This document shows, piece by piece, positions 51,270 to 61,507 of a stretch of DNA of 64,000 nucleotides. Each line of letters begins with the position of its first letter. Position 1 is the stretch's first letter. The stretch lies in contig NC_087436.1 in NCBI RefSeq assembly GCF_036321535.1, forward strand, positions 117,182,001-117,246,000, in the 5' to 3' direction. The position numbers and the translations under genes were made by a program. The DNA comes from Camelus dromedarius. Its lineage: Eukaryota. The notes below the pieces were generated by a model. The model ran no database searches. It saw nothing but the letters and a program-made list of their open reading frames with translations, and had not been told where the DNA came from.

Positions 51270-53243
51270 TCCCCGCTCCTCACACTGACTGCTTTCCATC
51301 CCTTGTCTTACCGTCCTGAGAACATGTCACATGAGATGTACCCTTCTAACAAACGTGTACAGGCACAAGTCAGTATTTTTTAACTGTAGGCACCGTACTG
51401 TGTGCATCTCTAGAGCTTGTTTATCCTGCTTAACTGAAACTTTACATCTTGGTTAACAACACCCCTTTTCCCCTCCCCCAGCCCCTGGCAACCACCATCC
51501 AGCTCTCTGCTTCTACAAGTTTGACTATTTTAGACACACCATATAATGGGAATTGTGCAGTATTTGTCCCCTGTGACCAGCTTAGTTCATGAGGCATAAG
51601 GTCTTCCAGGTTCCGCCATGTTGTCACATGACACAAGATTTCCTTCTCTTTTTTAAGGCTGAATAATATTCCATGATATGTATATACCACATTTTCTTTA
51701 TCCATCCATCCATCAGTGAACGTTTAGGTTATTTCTACATCTTGGCTGTGAATAGTGCCGCGCTGAACATGGGGGTGCTAATATGTCTTCAAGATCCTGC
51801 TTTCAACTCTTTAGAATAAATACCCAGGAGTGGACTTGCTGGCTCATATGGTAGTTCTATTTTTAGCTTTTTGAAGAACCTCCGTACTGTTTTCCACGTG
51901 GCTGCACAAGTTCACGTTCCCACCAGCAGTGCGCTAGGCTGGGCTGCCGGCTCCCCACAGCCTCACCAGCACTTACTGTTAGTGGTAGCGGAAGCGGCAG
52001 CAGTAGCACCAGTAGTCATAGTAATACCATCCCAGCAGGTGGGAGGCCACACCTCGTGCTTGTGACCCGCATTGCTCTGATGACTGATGCTGCGGAGCCT
52101 GTTTTCACGTGCCTGTTGGAGTTATGTGTGTTTTCTTTAGGGAAATGTCTATTCAAGTCCATTGCCCTTTTGCTAACAGGGCTATTTGGAGGATTTTGGG
52201 GAGAGGGAGTGGATTTTGTTGTTGTTTTATTTTTGTTTATTTTATTTGTTTGCTGTTGACATGTAGGATTTCCTTATATATTTTGGGTATTAACCCCTTA
52301 CTGGATATACATGGTTTACTAATACTTTCTCCCATTCTAGGTTGCATTTGCACTCTGTTGATGATTTCCTTTGCTGTGCAAAAGCTTTCTGTTTGATATA
52401 GTCCTACCTGTCTAATTTTGCTTTTGGTGTCATACCCAAAAAATCATTGCCAAGACCAGCGTTATGAAGTTTTCCCCCTGTATTTTCTTCTAGAGGTTTT
52501 ACTGCTCCAGGTGTTATGTTTAAGTCTTTAATCCATTTTGAAAGAAGACAGGGGTCCAATTTCACTCTGTTGTGTTTGGATGTCCGGTTCTTCCACTGCT
52601 GTTTGTCAAAAAGACTATCCTTTCCTTATTGAATATTCTTGGCACCCTTGTCAGTGACCGAGTGACCATATATGCATGGGTTATTTCTGGGCTCTCTCTT
52701 CTGTTCCATTGGCCTATCTGTCTGCCTTTATGCCAGCGCCATACTGTTTTAATTACTGTGGCTTTGCAGTATATTTGAAATCAGGAAGTGTGATGCCTCT
52801 AGTTTTTCTTTTCTCAAGATTGGTTTGGTCTTCATGGTCTTCTGTGGTTCCATATAAATTGTAGGATTTTTTTTCTATTTGTATAAAGCATGCCATTGGG
52901 ATTTTTATAGGGATTGCATTGAATGTGTAGATTACTTTGGGTAGTATGGACCTTAAATATATTGTCTTCTAATACATGAACATGGGACATCTTTCCATTT
53001 ATTTTTGTCTTTAATTTCTTTCGTCAGTGTTTTGTAGTTTTGGTGTAAAAGTCTTTCACCTGGATAGTTAACTTTATTCCCAAGTATTTTATTATTTTTG
53101 ATATTATTGAAAATAAGATTGTTTTCTTAATTTCCTTTTTGGATGATTTATTGTTAGTACATAGAAATGCAACTGATTTTTGTATGTTGATGTTGTATCC
53201 TGAAACTTCACTGAATGTCTTTATTAGTTCTTACATTCTGTGT

Positions 53244-53287
<44 letters not shown>

Positions 53288-53570
53288 TGGGGGTGTCTTA
53301 AGGTCTTCTACCTATAAGAGCATATTATTTGCAAAGAGTGCTAACTTTACTGTTCCTTTCTGATTTGGATGTCTTTTCTTTCTTTTTCTTGCCTGATCGC
53401 TCTGGCTAGGACTTCTAAAAATGGCAAGAGTGGGCATTCTTGCCTTGTTCCTGACCTTAGAGGGAAAGCTTTCAGTTTTTCACTGTTGAGTGTGATGTGA
53501 GCTTATCATGTATGCCCTTTATTACACTGAGGCAATTTCCTTCTATCCTTAGTTTGTTGACGATTGTTTT
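51270..53570 (-). mobile_element. LINE-1, about 2.3 kb of 3' ORF2 plus 3'UTR
   Basis: Continuous antisense L1 text (tatatccac-like attttctttatcc; atttcctttgctgtgcaaaagcttt; gggattgcattgaatgtgtagattactttgggtagtatgg; agggaaagctttcag). Confidence 0.92.
53239..53286. repeat. (TG)4 TA (TG)19 microsatellite inside the L1
   Basis: Read directly from the sequence. Confidence 0.95.
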
Positions 53571-54519
53571 TAATCTTTAAGTCAGGAGTAATACTTTCAG
53601 CTCGGCATGGCACTTGACATGGCATAGAGTAAAGCCCTTAGGACCAAGATCTGGAGACCTGGCTTTCTGTCTCACTGCGACCACAAACCTGCACTTGAAA
53701 ACGGGGTCAGTTACTTTCCCTCACCCAGCCTCTGTCTGTTCAGCTGTGATAATAATCAAGTGCACGCTTATTTAGCACTTCATATGAGCCAAGAGCTGCC
53801 TCCACCGTGGCCCTGTGAGCTCGGCACCACTGATAGGCACAGAGACATTGAGAGGCTTTCCCTAGGTCACACAGCTAGGAAAGGTCGAAAGGGGATTCTA
53901 GCCCCAGCCATTTGGCCACAAGATCTGGGTGCTTAAGCTCTGAGCAGGGTGGGTCTCCAGGGACCCCTCAGAGCATCCTCATTTGTGTCACTGGGCTGAG
54001 TTCCCCAGGTCACCCTGAGACAGCCAAGGGGACAAATCTTACTTCCATCTTACATACAAAAGGACAAACACTGGTTAGCAGCAAATCCCAGCATCAGAGC
54101 CCAGTTGTGCTGTGCTGCAGTCCACGCCCCCTCCCTGCCCCCGCTACCTTTTAATCCAAATGATTCATGAGACCGAAGAAAAGCACTATCTTTCACAGAT
54201 GAAAAACTTGAAATGCCCTTTAAAACTTGCTTTGTCACCTTAGTTTTAGCAGAAATTATTGGGGGACATAGCCTGGGGTTAAGGCAGTTGTAAATACTGC
54301 TCGGCATCTCCATTCATCATCTTATTCTGGCCCCAGGTGTCCTGCAGGGTAGGTGGTATCGTCCGCCTTTTCTAGATAAAGAAACTGGCTTACAGAGGGC
54401 CAAGGACTTGCTCAAGGTCACAGTGGGCAGTGCCAGTGCTGTCAGACTCACATGTCCTGGCACCAGGTGCCCTGCCAGGTTGGCCAGCCCATCTCTAAGA
54501 CCATCTATCTTGTACTGAA

Positions 54520-54720
54520 TCAGCGCTTCTCAGCCTTGGCACTATGCACATTTGGGGCTAGAAAAATATATTGTCGTGGGAGCTGTCCTATGCACTGTAG
54601 GATGTTTTGCAGCTTACCTGGCCTCTAGCCACTAGATGACACTAAATATAACAACCAAAATGTCTCCAGACATTATCAAATGTCAGCTGGGGTCAAAATT
54701 GCCCCCAGTTGAGAACTGCT
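54520..54720. mobile_element. MER20 DNA transposon
   Basis: cagcgcttctcagccttggcactat..tgtcctatgcactgtaggatgtt..acaaccaaaatgtctccagacatt..ccagttgagaactgct. Confidence 0.85.
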
Positions 54721-55380
54721 ATATTAAACACGCCTTATATCTTGTTCAGAACATTTTTGCCTTAAGAGTCGATGAATGGCTTTCGCACACTTTAGAAAGT
54801 TGGATTTAACAACATTGAGTTATTTCTCAATTCCTTTTCAGTGTCGGATTGTTTTTTCCCCTTCTTCTCACAATAGCTTTCAAATTCTCTTCTCTAAAAT
54901 TAGACCTGTCACTTAAAATTGCTTATTTTATGCAGCTGCCTTCCTCCTGAGCAATTTGTCCTTTGCATAAAAACCAGACTTTGTGCAAATGTTGTCTCTC
55001 CTAGGCTGCTTCCTCATCCTAACCATCCTCAAGGATGGAGGCCCCTCTCATTGTCCCTGGGTCTCCAGCAGCCCCTGACACAGGGCAGGCGCCGGAATGT
55101 TTGGGGCAGAAAGGAGTAGGAGGTGAGAATAGGGGGCAGGGAGGGCGCTGTTTCTACCAAGTCCCTGGGTTGAAAACTGGACCAACTGCCAAAACTGATG
55201 CAAGGAAGCCCTAGTTTCCTTGAACCTTCTTGAATCTTCTGGAATGTCAAGGATGATGGTGGTACTCTCATCTACCACGGGACGCCCTTCCTTCTTCTGC
55301 AGTCCTTCCCTCTTGAACAAAGGAGGCCAATCATACCAACTTCTCCGGACCTCAGCTTCCTGTTATGAAAAACAGAGATG

Positions 55381-55523
55381 TGGGGAAGGCATAGCTCAGT
55401 GGTAGAGCACGTGCTTAGCATGCAGGTCCTGGGTTCAATCCCCAGTGCCTCCATTTAAATAAAATAAATAAATAAAACCTAATTACTGCCCCGCCAAATT
55501 TAAAAAAGAAAGAAAGAAAGAAA
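55381..55523 (+). mobile_element. Camelid tRNA-derived SINE (Vic-1 type) inserted in a MIR
   Basis: ggggaaggcatagctcagtggtagagcacgtgcttagcatgcaggtcctgggttcaatccccagtgcctccatttaaataaa..acctaattac with (GAAA)n tail. TSD gaaaaacagagatg 55367-55380 / gaaaaatagggatg 55524-55537. Confidence 0.93.
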
Positions 55524-58500
55524 GAAAAATAGGGATGATCATACTCCTTTTTCAGTAGAGCTGCCATGAGCTTGTGCCATCTGGGCTTGTGTACGTGGAC
55601 CGTCTCAGATGGTAACTTCTGAGCTTCTGTGAGGTCTCCCTTCCTCCCGGCTGCTCTCAGCAAGCCTGTTCCTAGCATTGTTTTCTTCTCCCTCGATGCC
55701 ACACGCTTTCAAACTTTACTGCTTCCGATAGGCACCTTGGCTGGGAAAGATGATAGCCAAGCTTGTCAAAGATAGTTGTAAACCAAGAGTGGAGACGCTC
55801 AGAGCGCAGGCTGAGCACAAGCCGCAGGGGCCTGGTGACCCCATTCTAGACACTCGGAGGCCTTTTACTGCTGCCATGTTTGTTCACTCAGTGGGGGTCC
55901 AAGCATCACGTTCCCACGGAGCTGGTGTGGTCCTCGAACTCTTTACCTCCTCCTGGACTAGATCTGGGAGGGCGAGGATGTGTGTGGTGATCCCTGCTGT
56001 AACCCCCGTGCCTAGCAGAGCACCAGACATCCTGCATTTTCTGTAAACAATCAATCAAACGGAAAAGGAACAAGGCTGGCAGAAGGGAGGGAGTGTGGGA
56101 GACAGGAAAGCCTCAGGTAGGTTTGTAGTGAAAATATGGCACCTTCCCCCTTGGCCAGCCTGGAACCATATGAGGGTCCATCTCCTTTGTCTAAGGATCA
56201 CTGGGAATTCTGAAGCCTAAATCATGTTCTGCACAAAACTTCTCATCAGAAGTTCAGAAGCACTATAAATAGCATTCATTTTGAATTTCCTTCCCAAATA
56301 GCTTCCTGACCCAAATTAGGAGAATCAAATGTTTTGTTACCCTAATAACTGAGACCATCTCACTGAATGAACTTGCTCTGTCCCCATGAGTGGAGAGAAT
56401 GCTAAAATGGGGAGCCTCTGTGTGGCCACCGTAGCGTGTGGTTAAAAGCAGAAGTCCTGGAGGCCACTGTCTATGTTCAACTCCCAGCATTGAACTTTCG
56501 GTTTAGAGGACAAGTTGCATAACTGCTCCGTGCCTCAGTTTCCCCAGCTGTAAAGGGGAAATGGTTGTGAAGTCAGAGAAAGGATGTGTATAAATCCCTC
56601 ACCACAGGGCCAGCTGCATAGTTGGTACCAAATAATCCTATTACTAGGCATAAGACAAAGGCAGTATCTTGTTTTAGGAGCCCTGCCCTGAGACCACCGG
56701 ATGCCTGGTTCCAGCCCACCTCCTACGACCTCCTAGCTGTGTAACCCTGGGGAACATTTAACTATTTGATCTCAATCCCTGACATGAAAAATGGGGACAT
56801 GACTCAAAGGAGACGAGAAAGGTGGTTCCAGCTGGATAAGGGCTGGCAGGGTGAGGTAATGTCCTTATGTAAGAGGAAGGGCAAGACCAGGTAACTCAAC
56901 CACTTAGAAAATCTTTTAAAAGCTAGAATTTTCTGGCCAGTATTAACATTTGATTCCTTACTTTGTATCTTTCTATATTTTCATGGAGAAAAAGAGGGGC
57001 AGAGAAGGGAGCTACCCTTCACTGAGCACAGAGAGCCGGGCGCTACGGATGCCTCATGTGACTTAGTGCTCACAGCACTTGAAGGATGCGAAGCGGGGCC
57101 GGGAGGCTGAGGCCCCGCCACATTCACTCCGCTGGTAGCTACTGCTGGGAATCAAGCCAGCGTGTCCACTCACGGCCTCCCCTGTTTCCAAAGTTCATGA
57201 GGAAGGGACTTCCAATTTTAAGTTGCCCTGACCCTGGAGTTCAGCCCCTCTGGGGGCTCAGTCACAGGCCCGCTTGCCCTGGAGGAGGCCTGCAATGGTT
57301 TGTGGGTCCTGTTTTGCAAACAGGAGGTAGGCTGCCGAGGCCAGGCCTCAGCTGGCCTCACGGAGAGCGGCAGGGACAACCAGCCCAGTCCTCCACCTCC
57401 ACTGTCAGGCTGAATCAAGGCCTGATGAGAGTGAGGAGTGACGTTGGCGCAGGGCTCTGGATGAAGCAGCTCTGCCAGGGAACAGGGTCCGGGCTTTCAG
57501 GGACTGTCAGAAAGTGAAGCCCCTGCCTAGTGGAGGAGGGCTTGCTTTTCTCTGCTGCAGCCCCGTTATCCTTTCCCATGATGCACTCTGTTCCCTCCCG
57601 GCCCGTAGTTATCCTTTCCCGTGGTGCAGTCAAGGCCACGGGTATATACGGGAGTCGGGGAGTAACAGTGGCTAGAGGAGAATCTCAAGTCAGTAAGCTG
57701 GGCTCAGAGCCCAGCACAGCCCGCGCAGCAGGGAGAACGCGGTGCGGGAAGCAAACAGGCCTGGGTGTCAGCCCTGTTCTTGCATTCTGCGCTGTGTGTA
57801 GTCTCTCTGATCCTCAGGCAACATGCTTCCCACGCTGTTGAGAGGTGAAAATGATTATGCGTGCTGCACTTTGTCTCTAGAACACATGTGCTGAGTTAAG
57901 AACGAGGGCTTAGGGCATTAGAGGAAAGGAGTCAAGGAGTCAAGGAGCCCAAATCCTTTCCGTGTGCCCCCCTCCCACCGGCCCCTGTAAAGTCCCTCAA
58001 AGGTCCGTCCCATGGGGAGGAGGCCCAGCTGAGGCAGGTGCAGAGTGCATCCTCCCTCGGTGTGCCCACGACTGTCCCACGTTCTCCTTTGCCAAGGAGC
58101 AGTCACATCTCGACAGAGACAGGAATCCTCCAGAACCATACCCACTATTTGTTATGCATCAATTAGAGAAAAGATGCTTCACTTCATCATTTAAAAAACT
58201 TTCATAACAACCCTGAAAGACAGAGCATGATTACCTTCTTTCAGAGACAGAGATTCAGAGACATGAAATCACTTGCCTCCAGACCCACAGGTCAAGAGAG
58301 GCAGCGCTGGGACTGAAATCCCAGCTTGCGGGCCTCCCAGAATTGCTGCTCCATCCGCTCCAGGGTCTGCCTCAGTAGGCAGAGACTGTCAGGCGGCCAG
58401 AAAGAGCACGATCTTGTTGGGATGAGGTCAACACAAATCATAGTCTACAGGAGGGTCCACTTCAAGACACGCTCCCCACTCCTTGGGGACTTGACTCCAT

Positions 58501-59521
58501 GTTGTATGATGCCCTCAAACTGCCCGATCAAATAAGCCTCAGTGGGAGCAGAGGCAGTTACCTTCCTGCTCTGTAAGATGATGCAGGGAGAGAGGGGAGA
58601 GGGACTCGTGGGACCAGCAGAATGAGACCGGCAGCTTCTGTGACATGCAGGCCTTCCCCCGGGGACAGGGCCAGTTCACCAGGTCCTCCCTGCAGGCCCC
58701 AGATGGGAAAGAGGGTCCAAAGGGCCAGTTTCTGCCTATCGATGCAGAAATGCATTAAGTGCAATATGAGTGGAGATCCACTTATAACTGTCCCTCTGAG
58801 CACGTGGTGTTATGCTCAGTGACTCTCCTTGCTAGCATTTAAACCCAGGGAAGCAGGGAAGAAAGGGGCCCGGAGAGGGGATGAGGAGCAGGAAGGAGCA
58901 CTGCGTGGGAGGACAGCACGTAGCTTGCACAGAGAACCCATATCGCAGGGATCAGAGGCTGAAAGCCCCTAGAAGATGAAAAAGTCAGGGTGTGGGGTTC
59001 AGAGCCCAGGCTGAGAATAACACAAATGTCAGGCCCCCTGTGTGTGGGGTGAAAAGGGCCACAGAGACTGTTGGCTGTTGAAAATCAACAAATGTGGGCA
59101 AAGATTAAGAAAGGCATTTAAACTCCTCTGATCTGACCCTGAAGATGTGCTGGGGACCACAGCTACCTTCAAAAGTAGAGGAGGTCATCTAAGCAAATTC
59201 AGTAGAGATTGAGGCTTTGGGGAATAATTGTAGCTTCTGTCACAGCCCTGAGAGCCATAGTAATAAACGGATTTATCAGGAACTACTTCTGCACTCTATG
59301 GATGTGACAGCAAAGATAGAGACTAAAATTCTAATTGATCAGCTCACGCAAGTGACAGGCAGACACAAGCAGGAGGGTCTTTATTTACGTGAACATTAAA
59401 ACCCATTTTTGCCACCAGATGCATCAGTGCCCACAAGCTCAGAGAAATTTGTGCAGTGGTTTTTACTGAAGTCTTCAGGTGTGCCTATAATTTTAGGAAG
59501 GATTACTAATTCACTCAAAAA

Positions 59522-59970
59522 CAAACTGGAAAAAAAATGCACAGCACGGGAGCTGTGAGTTCAGTCTGACGGGGACTTACTGAGGACTATAGCCTGGGAG
59601 ACAGCCTCTCAGATACCTCTGAGGAACTGCTCCAAAGAGGGAGCAGGGGAGGTCAGTATCTATACGATTTTGGTGAATGAGGCACGTGCAATCAAACACA
59701 TCTCCATAGGAGGTTGCTGCTAGTCACAAGAACAGATGTATCTGTTAATGGTTTTAGTGCTTTTCTAGATATGAGAAGATGCAAGAAATTGAGTTCATAA
59801 AATCTCTTGAAAACATCTTAACTGTCTGAAGGACTGTTCTTCCAGTTTTTCCCAGAGTGCAGAGGGCCTCATTCCTGACCTCCGCCCTGAGCTCCTTTCA
59901 GGGCCTGTTAAAGGTCAGTGACCGCAGTGGCTAATGACCTTGTGTGGATGGCGAGTGATCTTAGTTGGCA
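59522..59970 (-). mobile_element. ERV solo LTR (family A, uninterrupted copy)
   Basis: Shares gagctgtgagtt, cctctcagata..ctgaggaactgctccaaagagg and gagggcctcattcctgacctc with 32090-33072. Confidence 0.85.
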
Positions 59971-61397
59971 GAACTGTCTGTAGATATGAGTAGGTCCTAA
60001 ATTATATCTTCTCCCCTAGTGTGTGAAAAAGTTTTGCCAAACAAAGTCTGGTAAAAAGACAAATCTGTAGAAACATGAGCTTTCTCCAAAAACAAAGAGC
60101 CAAATGCAGAGAGCATGCTCAGTAGAGTCGAGCCTGACGAGTCACAAGCAATAAGCTCTGATGTTTCTGCTTAATGATGATCAGTTTACAGGTGTTTCCA
60201 AGGCCCTTCGAGGAAGCAGGTGTCCTCATCAGATTTCACGTATCAGGACGGCATGATTTTCTGTCATTCAGCAAACTCTTGCTTTTCAATGAAATGGCTG
60301 GGGTTGGGAGAACACAGATGATTTCTGTCTAGCTTTCTGATCCAAAACTTGAAGTAAATAACGAACAGTGACAATCCTTCCCCAATTCCTGACATCTCCC
60401 AGGAAGGGTGTGACTATCCTCTTTTGATCTCGGAGGAGAAGGAATCTCAGTGGGGCAGAGAGAATTACCTGAGGTCACACAGGTAATTCAAGATGGAGCC
60501 AGGTCTCCAAACTTCAAATCAGTGATTGTGATAGTGTTTATGCCCTGTGAGCATAAACAATATAGGCCTTCTCTCACATGAAGGAAATTGGGAGGGCTGG
60601 CACAGCAGCCCTAGGACCACATACTCTGGTTTGCTGAGGGGAGGCCCGATTTATGCCTGCTGTCCTGGAATAATTATTTACACTCTCCAAAGTACCCAGG
60701 TTTGGGTAATGAATTATAAAATCACTCTAGTGAATAAGGACAGAGGTTCCTTCTAACTTCCTGCTCCAGCATCTGGACAGGTGGCTTCCATCTCATAAGG
60801 GTTCTATATATAGTTATGCAGCTTGTGTGTTGCACAACTCTCAGGAGCTTCATTCACATTGTACCCATTACAGATTTATTATGACAATTTTCCGATGGAT
60901 GACAGTAAAGTGTCTTTAGATCAGGGACCATTTCTAATTCTCACAAAGTTACTGTGAAAACTAAAAGCAATGCTGTCCTGAGGTCACCTAGTGTCCCAAC
61001 AGGGCTGCTGAAGCTCCAGCCATCACATTCACCATCCTGACAGCAGAAAGGCAGAAGAGCAAAAATGGGATCACAACTCCTTGAAGAAAATCTCCTTTTA
61101 AGGAGGATTACTAGAAGCCCCACCAACATTTCTGTTCATATCTCATTGCCACACTTAGCTGAGCACATGTTGCTCCTAGTAACATAGGAGTTCTGTTAGT
61201 GATGGAGAGGCGGAAATGTGGGAGAAGGCAGAAAATAAGTGATTGGCTACACCACATACCTCCACCTTGTGACTCTGGATTTAGTAGCAAATCTCAGAGA
61301 CTACCAAGTACCTGAATTTAATTTGGGAAATACATACCTCTCACTGACTTTCCTGCCTTCTTTTTTTTTTTTTTTTTTTTTTTTTCCTGCTCTAAAG

Positions 61398-61507
61398 ATT
61401 GGTTCTACACCAACAGTATCTTTGGAAATGCTGGAATCCCTCCAGAAAAGATCCCCTACATCACCTTGAGCACAGGTGGCATCGAGATTTTGGCTTCCAT
61501 CTTCTCT
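61398..61507 (+). pseudogene. SLC2A9: SLC2A9 exon (human exon 8 equivalent), frameshifted at its second codon: I / [35 protein letters not shown]
   Basis: T25 polypyrimidine tract (61361-61385), acceptor ctctaaag|ATT, donor TCT|gtaagt. Reads ATT GG TTC where ATT TGG TTC (I-W-F) is expected. 110 nt. Confidence 0.9.

Larger units (their letters stand above)
121..61507 (+). pseudogene. SLC2A9: SLC2A9 / GLUT9 locus (partial; equivalents of human coding exons 5-8), apparently disrupted by two 1-bp deletions
   Basis: Four AG/GT-bounded exons in the correct order and phase translate to GLUT9 peptides ([65 protein letters not shown]). Lengths are 146/133/187/110 against recalled human 146/133/188/111. 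Gene identity is near certain; pseudogene status is less so. Confidence 0.85.

Noticed and set aside
55381..55455. tRNA gene (tagctcagtggtagagc..ggttcaatcccc A/B boxes)
   Set aside because: It is followed by a SINE body, an A-rich tail and a TSD, so it is a tRNA-derived SINE head.
121..61507. Processed pseudogene, or a different class II GLUT (SLC2A5, SLC2A7, SLC2A11)
   Set aside because: Large introns are present, and the peptides ([30 protein letters not shown]) and exon sizes fit GLUT9 specifically.
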